A stretch of DNA of 12,342 nucleotides from a virus. Lineage: Duplodnaviria > Heunggongvirae > Uroviricota > Caudoviricetes. Shown here in pieces: positions 5,581 through 12,342 of the stretch. A program made the position numbers and the translations under genes. The stretch lies in IMG/VR virus record IMGVR_UViG_2529293172_000014; one strand, 5' to 3'. The notes beneath the pieces are model-generated. The model saw only the letters and a program-made list of their open reading frames with translations. It did no database searches and was not told the DNA's origin. The first letter of the stretch is position 1; the number at the start of each line of letters is the position of its first letter.

Positions 5581-8568
5581 ATGAGCTTAAGCGATCAGGT
5601 GGTAATGGCCACCAGCATAGAAACGCTGATCGAGCTGCTAAAGAACCTGCCCGGTTATGGGCGGGTTTCGTATGTGGTGACAGCGAAGGGAGACGAGGTA
5701 AAAACAGCGTTTGATATCGTCGATGCCTCAGCTCTTTTGGTATCCAATACTCTGGATGGGAAAATTAATCCTGACTATCCCCAGGAACTTCAGCCGCGCG
5801 ACCGGACCCGCGCATCCAGCCTTCTTCAGGTTAACCAGATATCCAAAGATTTGCGGCCTGCTCAGCTTACTGATTCCGGTTTATCCAGCCATGGTGCGCC
5901 GATAATTGGTGAGGACAATGCCGTTGAGTCAGGTAATGGACGGACCATGGGGATCATCAAAGCCTATCAGGACGGCAATGCGGATCGGTATCGTGAGTAC
6001 CTGATTGATCATGCGACCGAATTCGGCATACGACCTGAAAAGGTTGAATCAATGACGGCTCCGGTACTGGTGCGCCGCCGGTTAACCAAGGTTGACCGCG
6101 TTCAGTTTGCCAAGGACTCAAATATTTCTGATCTTCAGGAAATGGCAGCCAGTGAAAAGGCTTTTGTTGATGCCGACAGCATAACACCGGCGATGATGGC
6201 GCTTTTTAACCCGTCAGAAAGCGGAGATCTGCTTAGCCGCAGTAATGACGCGTTTATTCGCGGATTTATGACGCAAGTTGGTGCCACACAGGCGGCTGGC
6301 CTTGTAACTGAAGATGGGCGACCAACACGGCAACTTGTAGACCGTATACAAAACGCGATCTTTGCCAAGGCATATAAGGATGCGCGCCTGGTAAGGATGG
6401 TTGCAGAAGAACCTGATCCGGACATGCGTAATGTTCTGACGGCGCTTAATGCGGCAGCCAATGATTTTGTCCAGATGCAGGCTTTATCAGGAGAAGCGCA
6501 CAAGCAGGCTGTGACAACTATCGTTGATGGTATTGAAACAGCGGATAGCCTCGATAAAAAGGCGCTGGCGGCATTGAAAGATGCGGTAGACCTGGTAAGG
6601 CAATCGAAGGAGTCAGGCCAACATATTAACGATGTTATTGCTCAGGGGGATATGTTCAGCGAAACGGCCCCGGAAGTGAAAGCACTCGCGTTGTTCATCG
6701 TCGCGAATAACCGTAGCGCGAAGCGTATGGCCTCCGCCTTTAAGTTGATGGCTCAACGTATCAATGATGAGTTACAGCACCAGGGCCAGGCGCTGGGGGA
6801 TATGTTTGGCGGTGGTGATGTGTCGTTACAGGATATCCTTCGCCAGGTGTCTCAGGAACTGGAAAACGAAGGCATGCAAGGGATATCCGGCGGTCTTTTC
6901 GAGTCCGTTTCCGGCGGTAGTTACAATGGTGTTGCTCCATATACCAGTTTGCTATTACATCGGGCATCCGGCATCAAAGACATTATTCATCTGATCAGGC
7001 TGCTTTCCCGTACAGATCCCCAGGATGAACAGCTTGTACAAGTGCTTGCGCATTTTGTTCGAATGCCTGTTGCCGACGTGAAAAAATGGTGCCGATTATT
7101 CGGTATCAGCAATTCGTTACTTCGCGGCTTGTTAAATCACGCATCCTCCCTTGGGCGCGATGGCTTTGACGAGATAGCGCAGGCGATAAAAAACGGAGAT
7201 ATGCCACCAGCTATTGACTGGTTTTCCATTCGCCCAACCAGGGTGAAAGCATTCCTTAGCGCGGCGCATTCGGCATCACCATTGGCAGAAATGGTTCAGA
7301 GGTTGTCGCTCATATTCACAGACCATACCGCGTTGGGTGATCTGACTCTGGACGAGATGAAAGAAGCCTCCATTCAGTGGGCCGATCAACAAAATGAGGT
7401 TAACTCTGACTTCTTGCCAGCATTCAGGAAGGCCGTTAGTAAAGCTGATGATGCCCGTGGAATTCTGAGGGCATTTAAGGCATTGCAAAGTCAGGTTAAT
7501 AAACATGTCGGTGATATCGATGGGGTAACGGCGGAAGGCAGGGATATCCTTAAAGAGCACGGCATAACGCCAGAGTTTATTGATGAGATCAGGACTGATA
7601 TGCAGCGTGAGGTCGTATCGTCCCTGCAAATCGTAGCCAGAGCGTTGGCGGATGCTAATCCGAAGAGTGCGGCCATTGTTAACCGTGTTATTGGTGATAT
7701 TGAAGCATCGGAGGGCATGGGGGCGCTGAAACTCTTCCTTTCGCGAGCGTTTAATCCTAACGGCAATATTCTCCCCGGCATTATTGGTGAGGCTAAAAAG
7801 TATGTCAGCGAAGAAGAACTTGAGCATCTTGACCAACTACTTAAGCGATTCTCATATAACCCGCAGACACGCTGGCAAATGAATCAGCAAAGTATGGGTT
7901 CGGTCCACGAGAAAGTGTTATCTGCCATGAACAGTGCGATCGCCAACTCATCCGTATCTGAAGAAAAAGCTCTTGAGTGGGCCGACTCTTTTATCACGGA
8001 AGAAGTGGAAGAAGCCCGCGCTGGACAGAATGGTGGGATAGACCTGCGCAAGGAACTTGCTGATATTTATCGCCTGACCGGCGGTAAAATTTCGACCTTA
8101 TCAAAGGTGGTTCACCACCAGGGAAGGGCATATGCAAATATTAATGGTGTTGTTGCTGTCAATTTGAACGATGAAAATGCAAGTGCACTGTGGCACGAGC
8201 TGGGTCATCATCTTGAGTACAGTAACCTTGGTTTGTTAGAGAAAGCCCGGTCATTCCTGAAGGCCAATGTTGAAGGGGATAAGCCATCTTTCGTTAATAT
8301 CGGTGGGCGTGGCAAGCCTGAATGGTGCTTCAGATCTCGATTGAGTAATATTTATATGGCGAAGGTATACCCGCCAGCCTCAGTAAGTAACACCGGGAAA
8401 ATTCGGCAGAAATCACCGACTATTTCCAAAACGTCAGCAACGGAAGTATTCTCTATGGCTCTTCAGTTGTATCATGACAAAGAGGCCGCTGCCGCATCAC
8501 TGATGAATGGTGACGGATTGCTGGAACTGTTATTAGGTGTGGCAAAGGAGCTAAATAATGCAGATTAA
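5581..8568 (+). CDS. ddrB: DdrB-like large Dar-operon protein; carries an HEXXH motif near the C-terminus
   Basis: 995 aa, uninterrupted ORF in operon with the preceding genes. WHELGHHLEYS at codons 871-877 (nt 8191-8211). Size and position match recalled P1 DdrB. Confidence 0.6.
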   Translation: MSLSDQVVMATSIETLIELLKNLPGYGRVSYVVTAKGDEVKTAFDIVDASALLVSNTLDGKINPDYPQELQPRDRTRASSLLQVNQISKDLRPAQLTDSGLSSHGAPIIGEDNAVESGNGRTMGIIKAYQDGNADRYREYLIDHATEFGIRPEKVESMTAPVLVRRRLTKVDRVQFAKDSNISDLQEMAASEKAFVDADSITPAMMALFNPSESGDLLSRSNDAFIRGFMTQVGATQAAGLVTEDGRPTRQLVDRIQNAIFAKAYKDARLVRMVAEEPDPDMRNVLTALNAAANDFVQMQALSGEAHKQAVTTIVDGIETADSLDKKALAALKDAVDLVRQSKESGQHINDVIAQGDMFSETAPEVKALALFIVANNRSAKRMASAFKLMAQRINDELQHQGQALGDMFGGGDVSLQDILRQVSQELENEGMQGISGGLFESVSGGSYNGVAPYTSLLLHRASGIKDIIHLIRLLSRTDPQDEQLVQVLAHFVRMPVADVKKWCRLFGISNSLLRGLLNHASSLGRDGFDEIAQAIKNGDMPPAIDWFSIRPTRVKAFLSAAHSASPLAEMVQRLSLIFTDHTALGDLTLDEMKEASIQWADQQNEVNSDFLPAFRKAVSKADDARGILRAFKALQSQVNKHVGDIDGVTAEGRDILKEHGITPEFIDEIRTDMQREVVSSLQIVARALADANPKSAAIVNRVIGDIEASEGMGALKLFLSRAFNPNGNILPGIIGEAKKYVSEEELEHLDQLLKRFSYNPQTRWQMNQQSMGSVHEKVLSAMNSAIANSSVSEEKALEWADSFITEEVEEARAGQNGGIDLRKELADIYRLTGGKISTLSKVVHHQGRAYANINGVVAVNLNDENASALWHELGHHLEYSNLGLLEKARSFLKANVEGDKPSFVNIGGRGKPEWCFRSRLSNIYMAKVYPPASVSNTGKIRQKSPTISKTSATEVFSMALQLYHDKEAAAASLMNGDGLLELLLGVAKELNNAD

Positions 8569-8869
8569 AATCGCAGCGCCATTAGGCGGAGATGCCATTA
8601 TCGAATTTGATGATAATGAAGAAGTTTCCGGGCGTTTAAGCATTATCTCCGGTGACATTACCGAGGACATGATCGCTGAAGCCATAGCTGGGGCAAATCC
8701 CAATAGCTATATGGGATTCGTTAACACCCTTGATGCTCCCGCAAGTGATGTTCTCCGAACGCTGCATCTTTACGCTGGCTGGTTTGTTGATTGGCCAGCA
8801 GTAGATGGTGGCGATGAGGACGACGACGACGATGATTTTGGTGATCATGTAGACCAGATCGTATATTGA
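8558..8869 (+). CDS. Small highly acidic protein with a poly-Asp tract
   Basis: 103 aa; AAGGAG RBS 7 nt upstream of the ATG; overlaps the ddrB stop by 11 nt (translational coupling). Roughly 24 Asp/Glu against 3 Lys/Arg; DEDDDDDD tract encoded by GATGAG(GAC)4GATGAT at 8813-8836. Confidence 0.55.
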   Translation: MQIKIAAPLGGDAIIEFDDNEEVSGRLSIISGDITEDMIAEAIAGANPNSYMGFVNTLDAPASDVLRTLHLYAGWFVDWPAVDGGDEDDDDDDFGDHVDQIVY

Positions 8870-8871
8870 AG

Positions 8872-8897
8872 AAATCCCGCCAATTGGCGGGATTTTT
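8872..8897. terminator. Rho-independent, probably bidirectional, terminator between convergent operons
   Basis: Perfect 10-bp stem AAATCCCGCC (8872-8881), loop AATT, GGCGGGATTT (8886-8895), followed by TT on the plus strand. Lies exactly between the stop of 8558..8869 (+) and the stop of 8901..9995 (-). Confidence 0.7.
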
Positions 8898-8900
8898 ACC

Positions 8901-9995
8901 TCACGAGAAACTCTTTTCTGATGTCAGCCAACAGTGCTCGTGCATATCTCTTGGTGGTTTTTCGACAAATGCCTCTTCAGCCACATCCTGCCAGGGGATT
9001 TGTTTAGCCCATTCAGTTATAGCGTTATGGTTTGCCGAGAATAACGGTATTGTATAGGCCTTCAGCCAGTCTAATGTGCTGGAGTTGTGTTTTTGAGCGT
9101 GATGTTTCGCATGGTGTTTGGCGATCACGATCGTAGGCACTACCCATTTACTACCGTCAGTCATTGTGAAGTGCATATTACGGGGAACAGATGACTTTTC
9201 CATCAACTCCCGAATCCCTGGGAATTTCCCCAAGATCAATCGGCGATATTCATCGCTATTGCGCCCACCAAACTCTTTGGCTTTGAATTCAAGATATGCT
9301 TCAGAAACGAGAGGTGAATCCTCTGTGTTTAGAGTTATCGCCGTGAAAAAACCAGCAGGATTGTTTTTACTATGGGCCAACCGGTGATGCGAATCATAAA
9401 AGTACCCTTTCTCGCGTTCCGATGGTTTCGACAGCAACAGCAGGCGCGAGTCATAATTGGTTAAATTGCCAGTTATCACTGCATGAGCGCGATCGCTGAT
9501 TTCCGCCGAGTTAATAACGATGAAAAGATCGTGCGGTCCAGTAAAACCAGCCAGAGACTCTTCGTTATTCAGACAATAGGTTATATAGACGCATCCCCAT
9601 GTTTCACTGATATGCACCAACCCTTTGTCAGGGTGTATTCTGAAATAATTGCCAAGAAAAGTGTGTTTTTGGGTAACTCGCTCCCAATAACGGAACATAT
9701 AGTCAATTATTGTTTTTCGACAATCGTTAATCGCAGGAGAAACAACCACTGTACGGGAACACGAATACAGTATTGTTTGCAGGATGCTAATCACTGCCAC
9801 AATAGAGGTTTCCCCAATACCATGTGGTGTGGTGGCAGTGATTTTGGCTCCGGTGTTCTTTATCGCGTTAATAATTTTTGCTTGATGAGGTGTTAACTCA
9901 ATATCAAGCAACTCTTTTGCTGCCAGTTCCCAATTGTCTTTATACCGTTCTATCAGTGCTAACCAGGCAGATTCATTCTGTATACGATTAATCAC
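8901..9995 (-). CDS. Hypothetical protein (364 aa); degenerate P-loop-like GIGETS segment and a His-rich HAKHHAKHHAQKH motif
   Basis: Long minus-strand ORF; GTG start at 9995 with GAGGTGG RBS; overlaps the upstream gene's stop by 8 nt. No motif I can assign with confidence. The layout (LTPHQ...GIGETS...DLFIVINSAE...ITGN) loosely recalls an ATPase domain, but the Walker lysine is absent. Confidence 0.6.
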   Translation of the reverse strand: MINRIQNESAWLALIERYKDNWELAAKELLDIELTPHQAKIINAIKNTGAKITATTPHGIGETSIVAVISILQTILYSCSRTVVVSPAINDCRKTIIDYMFRYWERVTQKHTFLGNYFRIHPDKGLVHISETWGCVYITYCLNNEESLAGFTGPHDLFIVINSAEISDRAHAVITGNLTNYDSRLLLLSKPSEREKGYFYDSHHRLAHSKNNPAGFFTAITLNTEDSPLVSEAYLEFKAKEFGGRNSDEYRRLILGKFPGIRELMEKSSVPRNMHFTMTDGSKWVVPTIVIAKHHAKHHAQKHNSSTLDWLKAYTIPLFSANHNAITEWAKQIPWQDVAEEAFVEKPPRDMHEHCWLTSEKSFS

Positions 9996-10776
9996 TTTCC
10001 ACCTCTTCCGTGGTGTTTTCTTGCAGTTCTGTTAATGCAGCACGACATAGGTTCCGGGCATTGGCTATAGCCACACTTTTGACTTCATCCGTCATCGTGC
10101 AGGTAATGTACTGATCGAGTTCTTCAGCGCGGATGATGCTTTTGCCAATCAGAAACTGTATTTGCCATAGCAGATCGGCATCCATAATCAGAATTTCTGC
10201 CGGGCCTTCAGGGCCAGCCGGGAAGGAAACATAAGACTGTTTGCCCAGGCCGACAACTCGACAACTTGCTTCAAGAATTGCGCGCTTGAGGTCTGACTTT
10301 ATAACGGAAACAGGTTGATTTTCACCAGTGATTACGCCGTTGACATGGAAAGGCATGTAGCTTGAAATACGCTCTACTTTCCACACGCCAGCAAGCGATC
10401 CTTCATGCAGCACAATGGGGGTAACCGCGAGTTTCATCTCACCATATAACTGCTGGCAGATAGCTGGATTGCTGAATACATCTAAAGGCTCACATTCAAA
10501 CAGCGGCGCAATCTGCATGAGGTCCATCATGGTCATCCCTGGGGTACGAGCAGTAATGAATTTGCGCATACCAGTATCCATTGCGCTCCAGATTGCTACA
10601 CCATGCTTTTTGCTCACTTCTTCAGTAAAGCCAAGGTGGCACATGATGGTTTTTTCGATAGCCAGATCAGAGATAGAAACCTTTTCGCCAGGTACTCCAT
10701 CATTATTGATGGTCACTTCGACACTCTGGCCATTACGTAGGCGGTATTGAATGGTTTTAGTATTTTGTGCTGTCAT
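9988..10776 (-). CDS. Hypothetical protein (about 263 aa from ATG 10776)
   Basis: Long minus-strand ORF, translationally coupled to the downstream 8901..9995 gene. Start placed at MTAQNTK (ATG 10776) because the track's extension to 10896 would overlap the small upstream ORF 10791..10973; starts at 10890/10896 cannot be excluded. No recognisable catalytic motif. Confidence 0.5.
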   Translation of the reverse strand: MTAQNTKTIQYRLRNGQSVEVTINNDGVPGEKVSISDLAIEKTIMCHLGFTEEVSKKHGVAIWSAMDTGMRKFITARTPGMTMMDLMQIAPLFECEPLDVFSNPAICQQLYGEMKLAVTPIVLHEGSLAGVWKVERISSYMPFHVNGVITGENQPVSVIKSDLKRAILEASCRVVGLGKQSYVSFPAGPEGPAEILIMDADLLWQIQFLIGKSIIRAEELDQYITCTMTDEVKSVAIANARNLCRAALTELQENTTEEVESD

Positions 10777-10790
10777 AGTCTTTTCTCTGC

Positions 10791-10973
10791 TTAAAAACTG
10801 ATGTATTGCGTCTTCAGGTGGGTTAGGAATGTTTTCCCACCAGCGAAAGCAATATCTCGTGGTGTTCTGTTCGTTAAAAACGCGTGCCATTGCCAACTTT
10901 GGCGTTTTTTAGCGAGTTCGTGCTTTTGTTGGCGTTTGGACCACCGCTTTTCTTTCAGTCGTTTTTTACTCAT
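10791..10973 (-). CDS. Possible small basic protein (60 aa), tightly packed between ssb and the next gene
   Basis: MSKKRLKEKRWSKRQQKHELAKKRQ...; starts 5 nt after the ssb stop and ends 15 nt before ATG 10776. Weak RBS. Could instead be a non-coding spacer; an 8-bp inverted repeat AAAAACGC...GCGTTTTT (10876-10883 / 10903-10910) lies inside it. Confidence 0.3.
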   Translation of the reverse strand: MSKKRLKEKRWSKRQQKHELAKKRQSWQWHAFLTNRTPRDIAFAGGKTFLTHLKTQYISF

Positions 10974-10978
10974 AAACT

Positions 10979-11467
10979 CTAAAACGGAATATCGTCTTCA
11001 AAGTCCATTGGAGGTTCGTTATTGGCGCTGCTCTGAGGTTTGCCGCCACCGCTGTATTGCTGGTGGTTTTGAGGTTGGTTTGACTGCCCCCAGCCATTTG
11101 AGGACTGTGAATCGTCGCGGCGAGTGCCGATCATTTGCATGGTGCCGCCCTGGCTGACGATAATTTCCGTCGTGTAACGTTCTACACCGGCGTCATCAGT
11201 CCACTTACGGGTTTTAAGTTTCCCTTCGATGTAGACCTGAGAACCTTTTCGTAAATACTCACTCGCAATTTCAGCAAGTTTTCCGAACAAAACGACTTTA
11301 TGCCATTCTGTTTGCTCTTTCTGTTGGCCCGTTTGCTTATCGCGCCATGATTCATTCGTTGCGATGCTGAGTCTTCCGACTGCGCCGCCATTTGGTATAT
11401 ACCTGATCTCCGGGTCTTGCCCCAGGGTACCAATCAGGATGACTTTGTTTACACCGCGTTGTGCCAC
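10979..11467 (-). CDS. ssb: Single-stranded DNA-binding protein
   Basis: [23 protein letters not shown]...[14 protein letters not shown]-fold core, Gly/Gln-rich linker and the C-terminal acidic tail [12 protein letters not shown] start at 11467. Confidence 0.95.
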   Translation of the reverse strand: MAQRGVNKVILIGTLGQDPEIRYIPNGGAVGRLSIATNESWRDKQTGQQKEQTEWHKVVLFGKLAEIASEYLRKGSQVYIEGKLKTRKWTDDAGVERYTTEIIVSQGGTMQMIGTRRDDSQSSNGWGQSNQPQNHQQYSGGGKPQSSANNEPPMDFEDDIPF

Positions 11468-11636
11468 TTTTCTTACCTAATAAAATAAATTAATTAGAGC
11501 AATAATGTATATCTTTGAAACGTGGCTAACAAGTGATTTGCATTATCCTGTGCCTTCTAAAGGGATCGAGTCAGTCGGTATTGGCTGTGAATGAGTGTTT
11601 GTCCTGGAGCGTAAAAAATTCGCTTATGAGGTCTTT
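11468..11636. promoter_or_regulatory. Divergent promoter region between ssb (leftward) and lyz (rightward)
   Basis: 169-bp AT-rich non-coding gap between divergently oriented starts; contains TTGAAA (11515-11520) and CATTAT (11541-11546). No promoter element pinned down with confidence. In P1, lyz is a late gene, so an Lpa-type late promoter is expected here. Confidence 0.3.
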
Positions 11637-12194
11637 ATGAAGGGAAAAACAGCCGCAGGAGGCGGTGCAATTTGCGCTATCGCGGTGATGATTACCATCG
11701 TGATGGGTAATGGCAATGTGCGAACCAACCAGGCGGGGCTTGAGCTGATTGGTAACGCTGAAGGTTGCCGACGTGATCCATACATGTGCCCGGCGGGGGT
11801 ATGGACTGACGGGATCGGTAATACACACGGGGTAACGCCGGGTGTGCGAAAAACCGACCAGCAAATCGCCGCTGATTGGGAAAAGAATATCCTGATCGCT
11901 GAACGCTGTATTAATCAGCACTTCCGGGGCAAAGACATGCCCGATAATGCCTTCAGTGCAATGACAAGCGCGGCATTCAATATGGGATGCAATAGCTTAC
12001 GGACCTACTACAGCAAAGCGCGAGGCATGCGAGTAGAAACGTCCATCCACAAGTGGGCGCAGAAAGGGGAATGGGTGAATATGTGTAACCATCTCCCTGA
12101 TTTCGTGAACAGTAACGGCGTGCCCCTGCGAGGTTTAAAGATTCGCCGTGAAAAAGAACGCCAGCTTTGCCTGACGGGGCTTGTCAATGAATAA
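11637..12194 (+). CDS. lyz: SAR (signal-arrest-release) endolysin, T4-lysozyme-like muramidase (P1 Lyz-type)
   Basis: Start at ATG 11637 (GAGG RBS 6 nt upstream), not the track's 11595. 185 aa beginning MKGKTAAGGGAICAIAVMITIVMGNGN (weakly hydrophobic Gly/Ala-rich SAR segment), then NAEGCRRDPYMCPAGVWTDGIG with Glu42, Cys44, Cys51, Thr57 and Cys13 at the positions I recall for P1 Lyz. Confidence 0.9.
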   Translation: MKGKTAAGGGAICAIAVMITIVMGNGNVRTNQAGLELIGNAEGCRRDPYMCPAGVWTDGIGNTHGVTPGVRKTDQQIAADWEKNILIAERCINQHFRGKDMPDNAFSAMTSAAFNMGCNSLRTYYSKARGMRVETSIHKWAQKGEWVNMCNHLPDFVNSNGVPLRGLKIRREKERQLCLTGLVNE

Positions 12195-12342
12195 ACTCCG
12201 GCAGCTCCGCCGACTTTCGACAATGAAGTTATCGCTGGCGGCGATAGTTTTTGACTCGATTTTCATGGCGGTATATGTGCTCAATGAGACGTGGCCACTG
12301 GAACCGCTATTGTATGCCGGGCTTCGGCTGTGCCTGACATTT
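12187..12342 (+). CDS. 5' part of a membrane-protein gene overlapping the lyz stop (possible lysis accessory or spanin-like); runs off the window
   Basis: ATG at 12187 (inside the lyz terminal codons, ATGA-type coupling) or at 12223 opens a frame encoding MNKLRQLRRLST-MKLSLAAIVFDSIFMAVYVLNETWPLEPLLYAGLRLCLTF, a basic N-terminus followed by a transmembrane-like stretch, with no stop before the window end. Confidence 0.4.
   Translation, partial: MNKLRQLRRLSTMKLSLAAIVFDSIFMAVYVLNETWPLEPLLYAGLRLCLTF

Noticed and set aside
5224-7836. ORFs inside or antisense to ddrA/ddrB (5224..5526 -, 5279..5479 +, 5711..5905 +, 6135..6503 -, 7276..7836 -, 7491..7781 -)
   Set aside because: Embedded in the continuous 995-aa ddrB frame or the ddrA frame; no independent start signals. 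I recall an embedded 'iddB' annotation in P1 but cannot support a real internal gene from sequence alone.
9118-9896. Plus-strand ORFs 9118..9387 and 9483..9896 antisense to the 364-aa gene
   Set aside because: Shadow ORFs; the minus-strand frame is longer, has an RBS and is translationally coupled to its neighbour.
10777-10896. N-terminal extension of the 9988..10896 ORF (MAMARVFNEQ...) back to TTG 10896 or ATG 10890
   Set aside because: Would overlap the small ORF 10791..10973 by about 100 nt. ATG 10776 gives tight non-overlapping packing. Not excluded, so recorded as an alternative start.
10415-11157. Plus-strand ORFs 10415..10750 and 10801..11157 antisense to the 263-aa gene and ssb
   Set aside because: Shadow ORFs opposite well-supported genes (ssb is unambiguous).
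11595-11636. Upstream start at 11595 (MFVLERKKFAYEVF-) for the endolysin
   Set aside because: The SAR endolysin N-terminus begins MKGKTAAGGG at ATG 11637 with a GAGG RBS; the extension would place 14 extra residues ahead of the SAR segment and overlap the promoter region.
11571-12223. Minus-strand ORFs 11571..11921 and 12008..12223 antisense to lyz
   Set aside because: Shadow ORFs within a confidently identified gene.
1-12342. Search for tRNA, rRNA, CRISPR repeats, integrase/transposase or IS inverted repeats
   Set aside because: No regularly spaced direct repeats, no tRNA-like conserved arms and no transposase-like ORFs recognised by eye. Absence is not proven without tRNAscan or repeat-finder runs.

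Overview
This window reads as a segment of a P1-family phage or phage-plasmid (P1 / p15B-like). Left to right: (i) the invertase-proximal end of an invertible tail-fibre region, with one complete promoterless tail-fibre C-terminal cassette (48..509, minus strand) and the first codons of a second, each starting at a hix/gix/cix-like 26-bp crossover site (29..54 and 501..526, in direct orientation); (ii) a Cin/Gin/Hin/Pin-family serine DNA invertase (581..1153); (iii) a long plus-strand operon of holin and antiholin-like genes (lydA/lydB-like) followed by what I interpret as the P1 Dar antirestriction / head-morphogenesis genes hdf-darA-ddrA-ddrB and a small very acidic protein; (iv) after a bidirectional terminator, a convergent minus-strand block of two uncharacterised proteins, a small basic ORF and ssb; (v) a T4-lysozyme-type SAR endolysin whose N-terminus I recognise as P1 Lyz (Cys13, Glu42, Cys44, Cys51, Thr57 all in place), followed by the start of a membrane-protein gene running off the window. 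No rRNA, tRNA, CRISPR array or transposase was recognised. Product names rest on motifs read directly from the translations plus recalled P1 biology; no database search was run, so dar and lyd names are assignments by size, order and internal paralogy. Most worth a second look: the multi-cassette (Min-like) arrangement of the invertible region, the unassigned two-gene module between the dar operon and ssb, an HEXXH metallopeptidase-like motif in the DdrB-like protein, and the poly-Asp acidic protein that closes the dar operon.
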